From positions 51,988 to 115,987 of IMG/VR virus record IMGVR_UViG_3300005323_000037: a DNA stretch of 64,000 nucleotides; one strand, given 5' to 3'. This DNA is from a virus. Taxonomy: Duplodnaviria > Heunggongvirae > Uroviricota > Caudoviricetes. The first letter of the stretch is position 1, and each line of letters begins with the position of its first letter. The notes under the pieces were generated by a model that was not told the DNA's origin, did no database searches, and worked only from the letters and a program-made list of their open reading frames with translations. This document shows positions 27,313-36,288 of this stretch, piece after piece. The position numbers were made by a program, and so were the translations under genes.

Positions 27313-27621
27313 TTACTCTCTCAATAGCCCACTAGCTATATCGTATATATCATCTATCCCGCTATGCAATGTCCTGATTTTCTCCTCTAAATATTCTATC
27401 TCTAACTCCTTCTCTTCTAATGCACTAGAGCTGTCGTCATCAACATATGCTAAGTGCTCTCTCATTATAGCCTCGGCATTATCAGTAGAGCAATTTTCAC
27501 ATACCATTCTACCACGCTCATCAATGATTCGATACTTGAGTATATCAAGACTAGGATAGCTTTCCATAAACCAGTCTACTTTTTCCATCATCCTCTGCAT
27601 CCTAAATGAAGTGCATTCCAA
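27313..27621 (-). CDS. Hypothetical protein
   Basis: 102-aa ORF. Confidence 0.25.
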   Translation of the reverse strand: MECTSFRMQRMMEKVDWFMESYPSLDILKYRIIDERGRMVCENCSTDNAEAIMREHLAYVDDDSSSALEEKELEIEYLEEKIRTLHSGIDDIYDIASGLLRE

Positions 27622-27799
27622 ATTCTACACCGTCACACTTTAGCTCGTGAGTCAATTCCCACTTTCTACCACAACTTGAACATACAACTGGCTCATCAGT
27701 GATAACAAGTGTATCATCACTACCACATATGCAATGTATCTCGCAACCGAGTTCAAGCCATTCTGTATACGCGTAATCATTGATCATTTCTTCCACCAT
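27602..27799 (-). CDS. Zinc-ribbon small protein
   Basis: CICGSDD...CSSCGRKW. Confidence 0.3.
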   Translation of the reverse strand: MVEEMINDYAYTEWLELGCEIHCICGSDDTLVITDEPVVCSSCGRKWELTHELKCDGVEFGMHFI

Positions 27800-28023
27800 T
27801 TACCCTCCACTTGTGTAGTCTGATTCTTACGCCATACATGCCCACATCTGCCACATTCACATAGTACGCTTACCGGTCCACCAGGTTGCTTGCAGCCTTT
27901 ATCACGCTCGGTATAAGGCGTCCAAGTGATATAGGATTCCCATACCTCAGTTATCTTGATTTCGTGGCATTTGCATCTTGGGCACTTGGGCCAGACGCGT
28001 GATGCTTTTCTAGCTACTACCAT
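27784..28023 (-). CDS. Zinc-ribbon small protein
   Basis: CPRCKCHE...CECGRCGHVW. Confidence 0.3.
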   Translation of the reverse strand: MVVARKASRVWPKCPRCKCHEIKITEVWESYITWTPYTERDKGCKQPGGPVSVLCECGRCGHVWRKNQTTQVEGKWWKK

Positions 28024-28037
28024 TGTTGTTAGCCTAT

Positions 28038-28580
28038 CTAGGTATTGGGAAAATCTTCACAAGCAGCTATGCCGTCTACAATTTTGGTAGCGGACATTAC
28101 AAAGGAAGGCGCATAGCCGATATCGGTAAAGTTCTCAGCTGCTTTGAGTGAATAACCCTCATCAATTAGGTACTCGATAAACTCGTCGCGCGTAGCGAAT
28201 ACAGGCGATACTGGCGAGCCTTCCGATACGTTTTCCCAAAGCTGCCAGCCTTCTCCAATAGGCGGCTCAATCTCTTGCCATGATTCATACATCTCTTTAT
28301 GCTTGGGCGTCATCCATATAAGCGTTGTCCCATCACAGGCTTCGCAGTAACCGTATATACCAGCCTGCTCAGCAATTGTCTTGACACGAGAATGTCTATC
28401 CATTGAAAGCATGTGCTCTTTTGAAAGAGAATCGTCAATTGCCTGTGTGGCGGGATTGTAACCATTCTTGCACCATGGACATTTTGTTGAATACTTGTAG
28501 TATGGATTGAGATAGCCATCCCATACCTTGTGCAGCGGCCAATCAAAGTCTACAGGTACGCGCTTTATTTCTCGGCCCAT
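28038..28580 (-). CDS. Hypothetical protein (CPWCKNG...CEAC)
   Basis: 180-aa ORF. Confidence 0.3.
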   Translation of the reverse strand: MGREIKRVPVDFDWPLHKVWDGYLNPYYKYSTKCPWCKNGYNPATQAIDDSLSKEHMLSMDRHSRVKTIAEQAGIYGYCEACDGTTLIWMTPKHKEMYESWQEIEPPIGEGWQLWENVSEGSPVSPVFATRDEFIEYLIDEGYSLKAAENFTDIGYAPSFVMSATKIVDGIAACEDFPNT

Positions 28581-28891
28581 TTGTCCTCCACTTGCAGATA
28601 GTTACTATCAAAAATCTCTAGCCACATCTTACGCTGTATAATGCGATGAACATAAATGGTACTACCAATTTCAAAGTCTGCTATACCTTGTGAGGTCAAG
28701 AATATGGATAACTCTTCCATATCTTCAGCAGCATCGGTATGGAATTCGATGTAAGAGAAGCTGTCCTCGCCTGGACCGTCAGCATATGTAACGGTGAAGC
28801 CCTCATCGTTCAATAAGCTAATTAGATTACTGATTACTGGACCAACCTTCTGTCGCCAATCATTGCCCATGCTAATTGCCCCTGTTGACAT
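28565..28891 (-). CDS. Hypothetical protein
   Basis: 108-aa ORF. Confidence 0.25.
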   Translation of the reverse strand: MSTGAISMGNDWRQKVGPVISNLISLLNDEGFTVTYADGPGEDSFSYIEFHTDAAEDMEELSIFLTSQGIADFEIGSTIYVHRIIQRKMWLEIFDSNYLQVEDKWAEK

Positions 28892-29008
28892 TTGTTGAAT
28901 CTTGTGCTATGATTGTATTGACTCTTGCTGATAGCTTGAGTTCTACAAAGGCTTCTGCCACTGAGCCAATATTAATCAGTGGCCTGCATTGTCATCCAAA
29001 TACAATCT

Positions 29009-29431
29009 TCAGTCATTGTTGCTACCTACTACTTCTAGTAGTTTCTCGGTACGCTCAGACCATGGGTCATACATATAGTACCAATCACTTGGACTCATAT
29101 GGAAAGAGAAATTCTTCGCTTGCTCTAGTAACTCGCATGCTGCTACAAGTAATGCACGAAGCTCACCATTCTCCCTAGATGCATCTGACAGTTTACATAA
29201 GAGTTCGCCATTTACACGATTGATATCATCTGCTTGCGGCTCATGAGAAACATTACTCATGCGTTGCAAGACACTATTATGAAGAGTAATATACCCATCA
29301 GTCGCCTTAGCAATAATGGTTTCATTCGTTCGGCTAAAATGAACCTCATCATACCAATGAGATGCTATTTCGAGTTTCTCAAGTAGCTCCTCGTTACTAC
29401 AATCTTTCTCTGTTATCATCGCTGAAACCAA
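29009..29431 (-). CDS. Hypothetical protein
   Basis: 140-aa ORF. Confidence 0.25.
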   Translation of the reverse strand: MVSAMITEKDCSNEELLEKLEIASHWYDEVHFSRTNETIIAKATDGYITLHNSVLQRMSNVSHEPQADDINRVNGELLCKLSDASRENGELRALLVAACELLEQAKNFSFHMSPSDWYYMYDPWSERTEKLLEVVGSNND

Positions 29432-29646
29432 ACCTGTATCATGCTATCGTCTACACGGCTTACAGAATCAAGAAACCACTCACCGCGATCGTCCATATTG
29501 TTTACATAATCACTAGCCACATCAATCGCGTCGCCCTCTGATAGATACTCTCCAGCACTATCAACTACTTCAATAAAGCAAGTCTCGCTTACGCTGACTA
29601 CACTAATCATTATGCGCTCCTCCATCCCAAAGCATTGCGTGCCCAA
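29416..29646 (-). CDS. Hypothetical acidic small protein
   Basis: 76-aa ORF. Confidence 0.25.
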   Translation of the reverse strand: MGTQCFGMEERIMISVVSVSETCFIEVVDSAGEYLSEGDAIDVASDYVNNMDDRGEWFLDSVSRVDDSMIQVWFQR

Positions 29647-29969
29647 TCCGTCAAATCATGATTGTTAACCCAACCTTCAGCTAAGTAGCGCACCAGTGGC
29701 AATAGCCTATCGCGTTCAATCCTCAATCCTTTTACTTCAGATGATTCTATTCCAGATGCATCACAAATAGCGCTCACCACAGCAGGTGCTTCAGTAATTG
29801 CAAACGCTACATGTGCGCCACTGATGTCATTAGATATGCTAATATAGTCATCGCCACTGCTGACGCATACTTTTCCAGGTAGATGGGTATCAATATACTT
29901 GTATACCATTGTATCTACTCCTTTAGTAAGCCAACCTTTACCGCCACAGCTCGCACTTGTTGCATCCAA
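29610..29969 (-). CDS. Hypothetical protein
   Basis: 119-aa ORF. Confidence 0.25.
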   Translation of the reverse strand: MDATSASCGGKGWLTKGVDTMVYKYIDTHLPGKVCVSSGDDYISISNDISGAHVAFAITEAPAVVSAICDASGIESSEVKGLRIERDRLLPLVRYLAEGWVNNHDLTDWARNALGWRSA

Positions 29970-30133
29970 TCAATAAAATCATCTAGCCTATCAACGGGTA
30001 TTATAACCTTTTGAATCCTGTCACATCCGATCTGCTCAATACAAGTATCGCATTTGAAGATATCAGTATATACCGATATCCTTACTTCTCCATGTGGGCG
30101 GGTGCGCTCAGCAGATGCAATATGATAATACAT
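29915..30133 (-). CDS. Hypothetical small protein
   Basis: 72-aa ORF. Confidence 0.25.
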   Translation of the reverse strand: MYYHIASAERTRPHGEVRISVYTDIFKCDTCIEQIGCDRIQKVIIPVDRLDDFIDWMQQVRAVAVKVGLLKE

Positions 30134-30411
30134 TACTCATCATCCATAAACTCGATGCTAGACATGCTTACCACGCTATTTACTACTCGGCCTATTATGT
30201 AAACTATCGTTGCGCCCACCGCAGCAATAGTAAACCCTACCCAGCGTGTAGATATATCAGCAGCAACAATGTGATTGGATATGATAGCTATTACCATTCC
30301 AGTAGATAAGCCAATATCAAATGAGGTGGTAGCTGATTTTATGTACCAGTCCTTGATTACATTCTTAGTCATTAGCATGCCAACCTTCATAATCCCAACG
30401 CTCTGGATCAT
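30133..30411 (-). CDS. Small membrane protein (2-3 TM)
   Basis: Hydrophobic 92-aa ORF. Confidence 0.3.
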   Translation of the reverse strand: MIQSVGIMKVGMLMTKNVIKDWYIKSATTSFDIGLSTGMVIAIISNHIVAADISTRWVGFTIAAVGATIVYIIGRVVNSVVSMSSIEFMDDE

Positions 30412-30733
30412 AGCGTATCTCGCTAGGCTGAATTACTGGATTGATTGTATCCCAATTCACACCAGTAGATTGTTTGGGCTCAATAATCAAATTACTGTTA
30501 TAGGACAGTACCGCGCGCAGTAGCTCTACGTCAATGTCTTCTGCATAATCAGCAGGGGCTACCCCAAGTCTAAGTCGAAGTTCGGCATCAATCAAGTTAG
30601 ACATGCTCCTAAAATACTCTGCCTCCGCTTCCCAGCCTTGACCAACTGACTTACCTAGCGCATACATATAAGCACTATCATAAAGCAGTAGCTCCCGATT
30701 AGACATGTGTTTGATTCGATCAGAATTATTCAT
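30365..30733 (-). CDS. Hypothetical protein
   Basis: 122-aa ORF. Confidence 0.25.
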   Translation of the reverse strand: MNNSDRIKHMSNRELLLYDSAYMYALGKSVGQGWEAEAEYFRSMSNLIDAELRLRLGVAPADYAEDIDVELLRAVLSYNSNLIIEPKQSTGVNWDTINPVIQPSEIRYDPERWDYEGWHAND

Positions 30734-31188
30734 TATGCTTCTTCGCTCCCATCATCTAGATCGCGTAGTGTAAATGGATATTGTTTTAGGTCCTGCTCAA
30801 TTGCTTCCCAGTTACTAGCGTCGTTCTCTGGATCAAGCAGCCATGCATGCAGTAGCTCAAGAGCTTTAGTTGTATTTGATGCATTGTAAACGCGTGGGAT
30901 AAAGCTGAGCACCCAGTTGGTAATAGCTTCTACATCTACACCGGTAAAACTACCGCTAGCTTGAACATCACCAAGACTACAGTCTGATACAATATACCAA
31001 GATGGATTATTGTCTACTGATATACCGATGCGTAGGTTATCAGTAAGCCACTCGATAAGATATATCTCAGCTTCTATACGAGTAACACGCCGCATGGTGC
31101 CAGTAAGTAGACTTTGATGCTTCTTCCAAAAGGCTTCTTCGGCAGCTATGATGCGCTTGGTCAGATCATCATTAAGCATCTTTAGCAC
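30733..31188 (-). CDS. Hypothetical protein
   Basis: 151-aa ORF. Confidence 0.25.
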   Translation of the reverse strand: MLKMLNDDLTKRIIAAEEAFWKKHQSLLTGTMRRVTRIEAEIYLIEWLTDNLRIGISVDNNPSWYIVSDCSLGDVQASGSFTGVDVEAITNWVLSFIPRVYNASNTTKALELLHAWLLDPENDASNWEAIEQDLKQYPFTLRDLDDGSEEA

Positions 31189-31387
31189 TCACGTTCACCT
31201 CTACATTAGCATAGTCGTTGTATATCTTTTGCAATACTAAAATCAATGCTGGAATAGCTTGCGGAATCAAGCTGACATCAGACTCCGTGTACGGATTGAA
31301 TATAATAACGCCTGGATACAGACAATCGCAATTATCCTCAACAGTAAGGGCAACTTCATTAGCTACAGTAATTGTGTACTCTTTCAC
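31172..31387 (-). CDS. Hypothetical small protein
   Basis: 71-aa ORF, GTG start. Confidence 0.25.
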   Translation of the reverse strand: MKEYTITVANEVALTVEDNCDCLYPGVIIFNPYTESDVSLIPQAIPALILVLQKIYNDYANVEVNVSAKDA

Positions 31388-31413
31388 GTATACCTCTGTC
31401 TAAATTGATTCGA

Positions 31414-31497
31414 TAGGGCAGCTAGGACTCGAACCTAGATAGGATTGCTCCTGGCAATTCTTAAGATTGCTGCGTCTACCAGTTTCGCCACTACCCC
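31414..31497 (-). tRNA. tRNA-Leu (anticodon UAA), class II with long variable arm
   Basis: Manual fold: acceptor GGGGTAG/CTGCCCT (two G-U pairs), D-arm GCGAAACTGGTAGACGC, anticodon stem GCAAT/ATTGC with loop CTTAAGA, variable stem AGGA/TCCT, T-arm CTAGG-TTCGAGT-CCTAG, discriminator A. Confidence 0.8.
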
Positions 31498-31538
31498 ATA
31501 TACTAGCCAACCTACCTTGGCGGGCTAGTATTACTAAT

Positions 31539-32450
31539 TTATTGCTGCGCCCCAGGGATGGGCACGTATGTATTAGCGCTGCTGTCTGTATTGCTACCTA
31601 AGAACAATGTAATATCTGATCCCTGCGGAATGAAGTAGAGCTTATCGCGCTCGCCAATTACACCAGACAATAGCTCAAGCCGACGCAGCTCGTAGGCTTC
31701 AGGACTAATAGTGTATACCTTTGCTTGCTCTTCTGCCACCGCGTTATTGCGGCGAGCAATCTCTAACGCTACTTTAGTCTGCGCCTCTTCTTGCTTAACT
31801 TGTTCGGCCAGTTGCGCGGTGCGCTGCGTGGCGATTTCAACGTCAATTTTTACTTGTGCCTTGTCTTTCAACTTCTGCGCATAGGCAGGATCTGGTGTAA
31901 TGTTATTGATACCTACGTCTAGTAACTCAATACCAAATTCGCTTAGCTCAGGAGCTAGTAAATCAAACAATTCCTTTTGCACCTGTGCTCGACCAACACT
32001 AACATTACCATCACCAATACCCAGCATTTGATCTAGTGTATACTTAGTAGTGATCGCTTTGGCAACACGCGGTACACGATTAGCAACCTGGGTTTCAAGA
32101 GCGGCATCGTCACGCGCTTCAGCATTATAGGTCTGCCAGAGGGTGCGCGCTGATTCATCATCACCTTTACGTCGATAAGTAACACCAACCTCAAAGCCTA
32201 GCGGCTGCTTATCATTAGTCCATAGATCGGGATCGCTCCACTTGAGCGTCTTAGCTGAAGCGTCCATAACGACTAGCTGCGAGAACCACCCCATATTAGT
32301 ATAGCGACCAAACGTAACGACTTGACTAATTGAAACGCCGTCTCGCATAATCAAGCCCACTTCATTAGATTCAACGCGAGCATTCCAGTAGCAACCAGAT
32401 AGCAAAGTGCTAGTAACTAGTAAGATAGCGATTGATAGTGCCTTCTTCAT
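31539..32450 (-). CDS. SPFH/band-7 (stomatin/flotillin-like) lipoprotein
   Basis: Signal peptide with lipobox LLSGC, SPFH-like core, then a long Ala/Glu/Gln/Lys-rich coiled-coil region as in flotillins. Confidence 0.55.
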   Translation of the reverse strand: MKKALSIAILLVTSTLLSGCYWNARVESNEVGLIMRDGVSISQVVTFGRYTNMGWFSQLVVMDASAKTLKWSDPDLWTNDKQPLGFEVGVTYRRKGDDESARTLWQTYNAEARDDAALETQVANRVPRVAKAITTKYTLDQMLGIGDGNVSVGRAQVQKELFDLLAPELSEFGIELLDVGINNITPDPAYAQKLKDKAQVKIDVEIATQRTAQLAEQVKQEEAQTKVALEIARRNNAVAEEQAKVYTISPEAYELRRLELLSGVIGERDKLYFIPQGSDITLFLGSNTDSSANTYVPIPGAQQ

Positions 32451-32459
32451 GCTTGCTCC

Positions 32460-32681
32460 CTATTCTAAATTAGATTTGCGTCGTGCAAAGTAAAATACTA
32501 AAGCGACAACTCCGATAACTAAGGCCACAATTTCAATTAAGTCATCTATGCCACTCCCTAACGGTAACAGAAATAGAATAATAGCACGTCCAAACGGGTG
32601 TGCTAGCATAAAAGCTAGCAGCAAACACGCAATGGCTACTAACAATAACTTTTTAGTATGGTGCATACTAGCGCTCCTCAC
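32460..32681 (-). CDS. NfeD-like small membrane protein (two TM), partner of the SPFH gene
   Basis: 73 aa with two hydrophobic helices, immediately upstream of the SPFH gene as in bacterial NfeD-SPFH operons. Confidence 0.3.
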   Translation of the reverse strand: MRSASMHHTKKLLLVAIACLLLAFMLAHPFGRAIILFLLPLGSGIDDLIEIVALVIGVVALVFYFARRKSNLE

Positions 32682-32684
32682 TAC

Positions 32685-33017
32685 TTACAATGCTTCCAGT
32701 ATAGCCCTTAGTGATTCTAGCTTCTTCGTCAAGTTAGCAATTCTAGCATCGCGCCATTCGATTTCGCGTTCCAATACTTCAATCTTAGCCCATGCTTCAT
32801 TACGCTCCTGCTCTATGACGCAATTTTTACTAAACCCAGTCTTTGCTAAGTTGCTTGGCTTAACCCACCACCAACTATCTAAATCATTATCCCATACAAC
32901 TTGGATGCAATAAGAATCTCCGTAATCAACTTTTGTCACATTACCAATCCAGCCAAGCCAGTCATGCCTAATTGCACCGATGTACTTCACGTGATCGCCT
33001 ACTTTGAAATCATCCAT
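32685..33017 (-). CDS. Small protein with SH3-like GDHV domain and C-terminal coiled coil
   Basis: Start moved to MDDFKVGDHV to remove overlap. Confidence 0.3.
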   Translation of the reverse strand: MDDFKVGDHVKYIGAIRHDWLGWIGNVTKVDYGDSYCIQVVWDNDLDSWWWVKPSNLAKTGFSKNCVIEQERNEAWAKIEVLEREIEWRDARIANLTKKLESLRAILEAL

Positions 33018-33018
33018 T

Positions 33019-33480
33019 TTATTCAAGCTTCTTGTGCATATTTTGGTACATGCTTGTGACATTTTTCCTAAGCTGATGCTCTTCAAGCGCATACATCAAT
33101 GCCATGCGCATACTGGTACCCCAGCAGCGCGTTATAGCAGAAGCGCCAGCATCCAGCACAACTCGATATACATGATATTTAGAAGACTCAACTCGATATG
33201 ACTCTACATGCAGCTTTAGGCCACTACTCTCACATTCATACAAAAGAGTTTCTAGCTCGTGCTTTTTATCATTAGGAGTGAAGAGTGAACGATTTCTCTC
33301 ATCTATGCTCATATAAGCAATCTTATCGGCGTGCTTAGGCACCCAATCAAAGTCACTTACTAGACGAGCAGCAAAGTCGGCATGGTAGATACGTTCATAA
33401 AGCGCGCTGTCCATATCTGCATTTATTAGACACGGAACTGACCTGCCAGTTCCATCTGGTTCAACTAGAATGTATTCCAA
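33019..33480 (-). CDS. Hypothetical protein
   Basis: 153-aa ORF. Confidence 0.3.
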   Translation of the reverse strand: MEYILVEPDGTGRSVPCLINADMDSALYERIYHADFAARLVSDFDWVPKHADKIAYMSIDERNRSLFTPNDKKHELETLLYECESSGLKLHVESYRVESSKYHVYRVVLDAGASAITRCWGTSMRMALMYALEEHQLRKNVTSMYQNMHKKLE

Positions 33481-33509
33481 TTTCGACCTCTCTATTGCTA
33501 GTAAAATAA

Positions 33510-33582
33510 TGAGACAGCCGAGATTTGAACTCGGATGAGCTTGCGCCCACTATAGCGCGTCTACCAGTTTCGCCACTGTCTC
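33510..33582 (-). tRNA. tRNA-like gene with non-canonical anticodon arm (4-bp GCGC stem with 8-nt loop, or 5-bp stem with 6-nt loop)
   Basis: Perfect 7-bp acceptor GAGACAG/CTGTCTC, D-arm identical to the tRNA-Leu D-arm, and T-arm CCGAG-TTCAAAT-CTCGG. The anticodon region GCGC-TATAGTGG-GCGC cannot form a 5-bp stem with a 7-nt loop. Confidence 0.5.
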
Positions 33583-33588
33583 AGCCAA

Positions 33589-33789
33589 TTAATCAAGCGC
33601 AGTCAACTCGTATATCACCGATACGGTATTAGGGCTAATGCGACTAACACGAACGACTTGCCATTCATTAGAAACTATAGTGGCACTAAGCCATCTATTA
33701 GCGGCATCTATAGCATCGACCTCACTGATAGGACCATCAGAGTACATACCAATTGTGCGTACAAAACGATCGTAGTCAATACTAATCAT
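33589..33789 (-). CDS. Hypothetical small protein
   Basis: 66-aa ORF between tRNA genes. Confidence 0.25.
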   Translation of the reverse strand: MISIDYDRFVRTIGMYSDGPISEVDAIDAANRWLSATIVSNEWQVVRVSRISPNTVSVIYELTALD

Positions 33790-33808
33790 TGCTTATTGTA
33801 ATCTCCTA

Positions 33809-33882
33809 TACTGAGGGCTGGACTCGAACCAGCAACCGCTGCGTTATAAGCACAGTGCTCTAACCATTGAGCTGCCTCAGCT
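33809..33882 (-). tRNA. tRNA with anticodon UAU (Ile-AUA type)
   Basis: Acceptor GCTGAGG/CCTCAGT, D-arm GCTC-AATGGTTA-GAGC, anticodon stem CTGTG/CGCAG with loop CTTATAA, T-arm GCTGG-TTCGAGT-CCAGC. Positions 8-9 are CA rather than UA. Confidence 0.65.
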
Positions 33883-33912
33883 GAACTATGCTAGACCAAC
33901 ACCACTGACGTA

Positions 33913-34095
33913 CTAGCTATCTTCATCATTGTGATATTCTTCACGCTCCCAATCGGGATCGTAATCCGTCTCAAAAACATAATCATCATCATGCCAGCTA
34001 CTCCAACAGTCATCATCATGCTCGTACTCGTCCGGTATACCGGCATCATCGGTCCAAGCTACCTCTTCGCTCCAATCGCGCATGCTTACCTCCAT
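33913..34095 (-). CDS. Small highly acidic protein (D/E/W-rich)
   Basis: Paralogue of 34113-34325 (shared DYDPDW...EEYH motif). Confidence 0.3.
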   Translation of the reverse strand: MEVSMRDWSEEVAWTDDAGIPDEYEHDDDCWSSWHDDDYVFETDYDPDWEREEYHNDEDS

Positions 34096-34112
34096 ACTAT
34101 ACTAGGCCCGCA

Positions 34113-34325
34113 CTAATCATTTTCACAGTTGCGCCACGTTTCGCATTCATCTTCATAGTCATGATATTCTTCCCATTCCCAATCGTCCCAATCAGGATCA
34201 TAATCTCCATCCTCATGCAATAGAGTGCCGTCATCTAGCAGTAACGTCACGCCGCTTCTGGTAAGTATACAACTAGCGGAACTAGCGTCAACAGTCATGC
34301 TCGCAACTCCTGTACGCACCTGCAA
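34113..34325 (-). CDS. Small highly acidic protein (paralogue)
   Basis: Shares DGDYDPDWDDWEWEEYHDYEDE with its neighbour. Confidence 0.3.
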   Translation of the reverse strand: MQVRTGVASMTVDASSASCILTRSGVTLLLDDGTLLHEDGDYDPDWDDWEWEEYHDYEDECETWRNCEND

Positions 34326-34489
34326 ATTACATCTGCTTCCACGCCAATAGCTGCAATGTACCCACTAGACATGTTATGATAAGCCTCTTCATTGGTACTA
34401 CCAATTCTAATCAGCGAGCGGATCAGTGCCGACATATCCTCTGCTGCCACATTGATACTGTCTAAATAGTCGAAAGTCTCTGCGTTCAT
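34295..34489 (-). CDS. Hypothetical small protein
   Basis: 64-aa ORF. Confidence 0.25.
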   Translation of the reverse strand: MNAETFDYLDSINVAAEDMSALIRSLIRIGSTNEEAYHNMSSGYIAAIGVEADVICRCVQELRA

Positions 34490-34499
34490 TATATCACTC

Positions 34500-35174
34500 C
34501 TACCAATAAGTTAATGGATTAGCATGGTCTGGATAATGTTCGTTCAGCCAGTTATCAGCCATCTTAGAAATATTATTACGGACAGCCGCGTATTTCCAAT
34601 AGGTAGCATCGTCAACTTTGCCATCTGGTCGGCAAATGTACTCTTCTGTCCGATAAATAATGGTATACTCATCAAAGCTGCTGCCGACGCCGGTATCGAA
34701 TACATAACCACGTTCAGGAGATTTATCATCATAATTGTCGCCATAGCCAGATTCTAATCGTAGTGTGGCAACGTACCTCTTCCTTAGTGACATATCTGCT
34801 CTACGATCATAGAAGGCCGCTTTATAAAACATATGGCCCCGAATACGCCCCTGCTCGTCAATCAAGTTAGAATGCATACTATGCTCAGTGGGCGCAAGCT
34901 CCCAGCCGGTAGGAAACTCTACTTCATAGAACAGATCATCATGTTCACTAATTATCTTGAAGCCAAGGGATTTCAAATCATCCCAGAGTGATCTGCTACT
35001 ATACATATCGCCTTGCTTGGGCAAAAGATGGCTCTTACATACTAGCTGTTGACCTCTAGCCTCTTGCGCCTCAATGCCACCAGGAGTCTCTGAGATAATA
35101 GCATTCTCAAGATCGCCACTCAGTAACGCTACTAATGTAGATGGTTTCATTATACTATACCCTACCAATCCCAA
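34500..35174 (-). CDS. Hypothetical protein
   Basis: 224-aa ORF. Confidence 0.3.
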   Translation of the reverse strand: MGLVGYSIMKPSTLVALLSGDLENAIISETPGGIEAQEARGQQLVCKSHLLPKQGDMYSSRSLWDDLKSLGFKIISEHDDLFYEVEFPTGWELAPTEHSMHSNLIDEQGRIRGHMFYKAAFYDRRADMSLRKRYVATLRLESGYGDNYDDKSPERGYVFDTGVGSSFDEYTIIYRTEEYICRPDGKVDDATYWKYAAVRNNISKMADNWLNEHYPDHANPLTYW

Positions 35175-35354
35175 TCGTAGTCATCATCGCAATCATAATC
35201 ATCAATTTCATCATTCTCGCTAGTGTGTTTAGCTTCCATTATCTCAATTACCGGCTCAATATACACATACTTTCTATACGCGTCTCCCAAGCTAGTAGCG
35301 TCTATATATATACCCACGTTGTCAATCCTTTCAATATATTGTTAGATAAACTAA

Positions 35355-35570
35355 TTAGATAGCCTCTCCAATAAACTTATCATTCTTCAGTTGACATAAC
35401 TTATCAATGATCTGGTCAATATCCTTGAACGAGAAATCAAAGCACATACCTGTCTCCTTATTGCTATCATCAGGATACCAGATTGTACACCAAACTGATC
35501 CGTCCTCACAAGTAAACTTTTCAGCATACACCGTGCCAGTGCGAATGCTTCTATCTACTTTCATCTTCAT
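35355..35570 (-). CDS. Hypothetical small protein
   Basis: Start moved to MKMKVD to reduce overlap with 35551-35754. Confidence 0.25.
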   Translation of the reverse strand: MKMKVDRSIRTGTVYAEKFTCEDGSVWCTIWYPDDSNKETGMCFDFSFKDIDQIIDKLCQLKNDKFIGEAI

Positions 35571-35754
35571 TGTCCGATCCTTTGTATGCTTTGGGAAATT
35601 CACAGTAAGCGACAATATTTTCTTGCCAAAACTCAGCGCTATCAAATGCGTTATGAAAAGCATTAGGATCGTAATGCCAATCGGACACGCCGCCCCACTT
35701 AGTAGTTACAATGTAACTCCCCTTCTTCTTGGGTAAGCCTAGCTTCCATCTCAT
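35551..35754 (-). CDS. Hypothetical small protein
   Basis: Start at MRWKLG. First gene downstream of the leftward early promoters. Confidence 0.25.
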   Translation of the reverse strand: MRWKLGLPKKKGSYIVTTKWGGVSDWHYDPNAFHNAFDSAEFWQENIVAYCEFPKAYKGSDNEDESR

Positions 35755-35983
35755 ACCTGCCACCTCTGTAAGATTGAGCAAAAGTGTTCAAAATCCCGTA
35801 CTTCTAACCCAGTATACCACAAGTGTAGCGGCTAAGTCAAGAGGTTGGAATAAGTCGCAGAAAACTGATAACAATTGAGCGAGGAGTGTACTAGGAGTGA
35901 GAATACAAGAAGGCCCAATGCCTAAACTGCACACTGGGCCTCTTGCAGAGGAGGAGTAGAACATGAAATTCACTACTAGCCTT

Positions 35984-36013
35984 AGTATAGCACATTTAGT
36001 ATAGACTTGTCAA
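35984..36013 (-). promoter_or_regulatory. Sigma70-type promoter (TTGACA-18-TATACT), leftward; first of three tandem leftward promoters
   Basis: The reverse complement reads GTACTTGACAagtctatactaaatgtgcTATACT. Further copies at 36111-36140 (TTGACA-18-TATACT) and 36223-36252 (TTGACA-18-TACAAT). Confidence 0.5.
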
Positions 36014-36040
36014 GTACCTGGCTAAAGAGATAGATGTCTT

Positions 36041-36260
36041 ATAAACAGAAAGACCCAACGAGTGCGTATCTCATTGAGTCTCTCTGCTTCCGGTGACAAG
36101 GCCTAGCTTCAGTATAGTACACTTGCCGCATGCTTGTCAAATACCAGTATAAACAGAAGAGCCCAGTAAGTGCATACTCTACTGAGCTCGTCTGCCATAC
36201 GGTACGGTATAGACCTAACATCATTGTAGCATATCTACTGCCTGCTTGTCAATAGGCAAT
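36041..36260. repeat. Two tandem ~108-bp imperfect direct repeats, each carrying a leftward sigma70-type promoter
   Basis: Units start ATAAACAGAA(A/G)AG(A/C)CC at 36041 and 36149 and end at GC(A/C)TGCTTGTCAA. Confidence 0.5.
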
Positions 36261-36288
36261 ATAGAACATCTCTATTGACATAGCGCAG

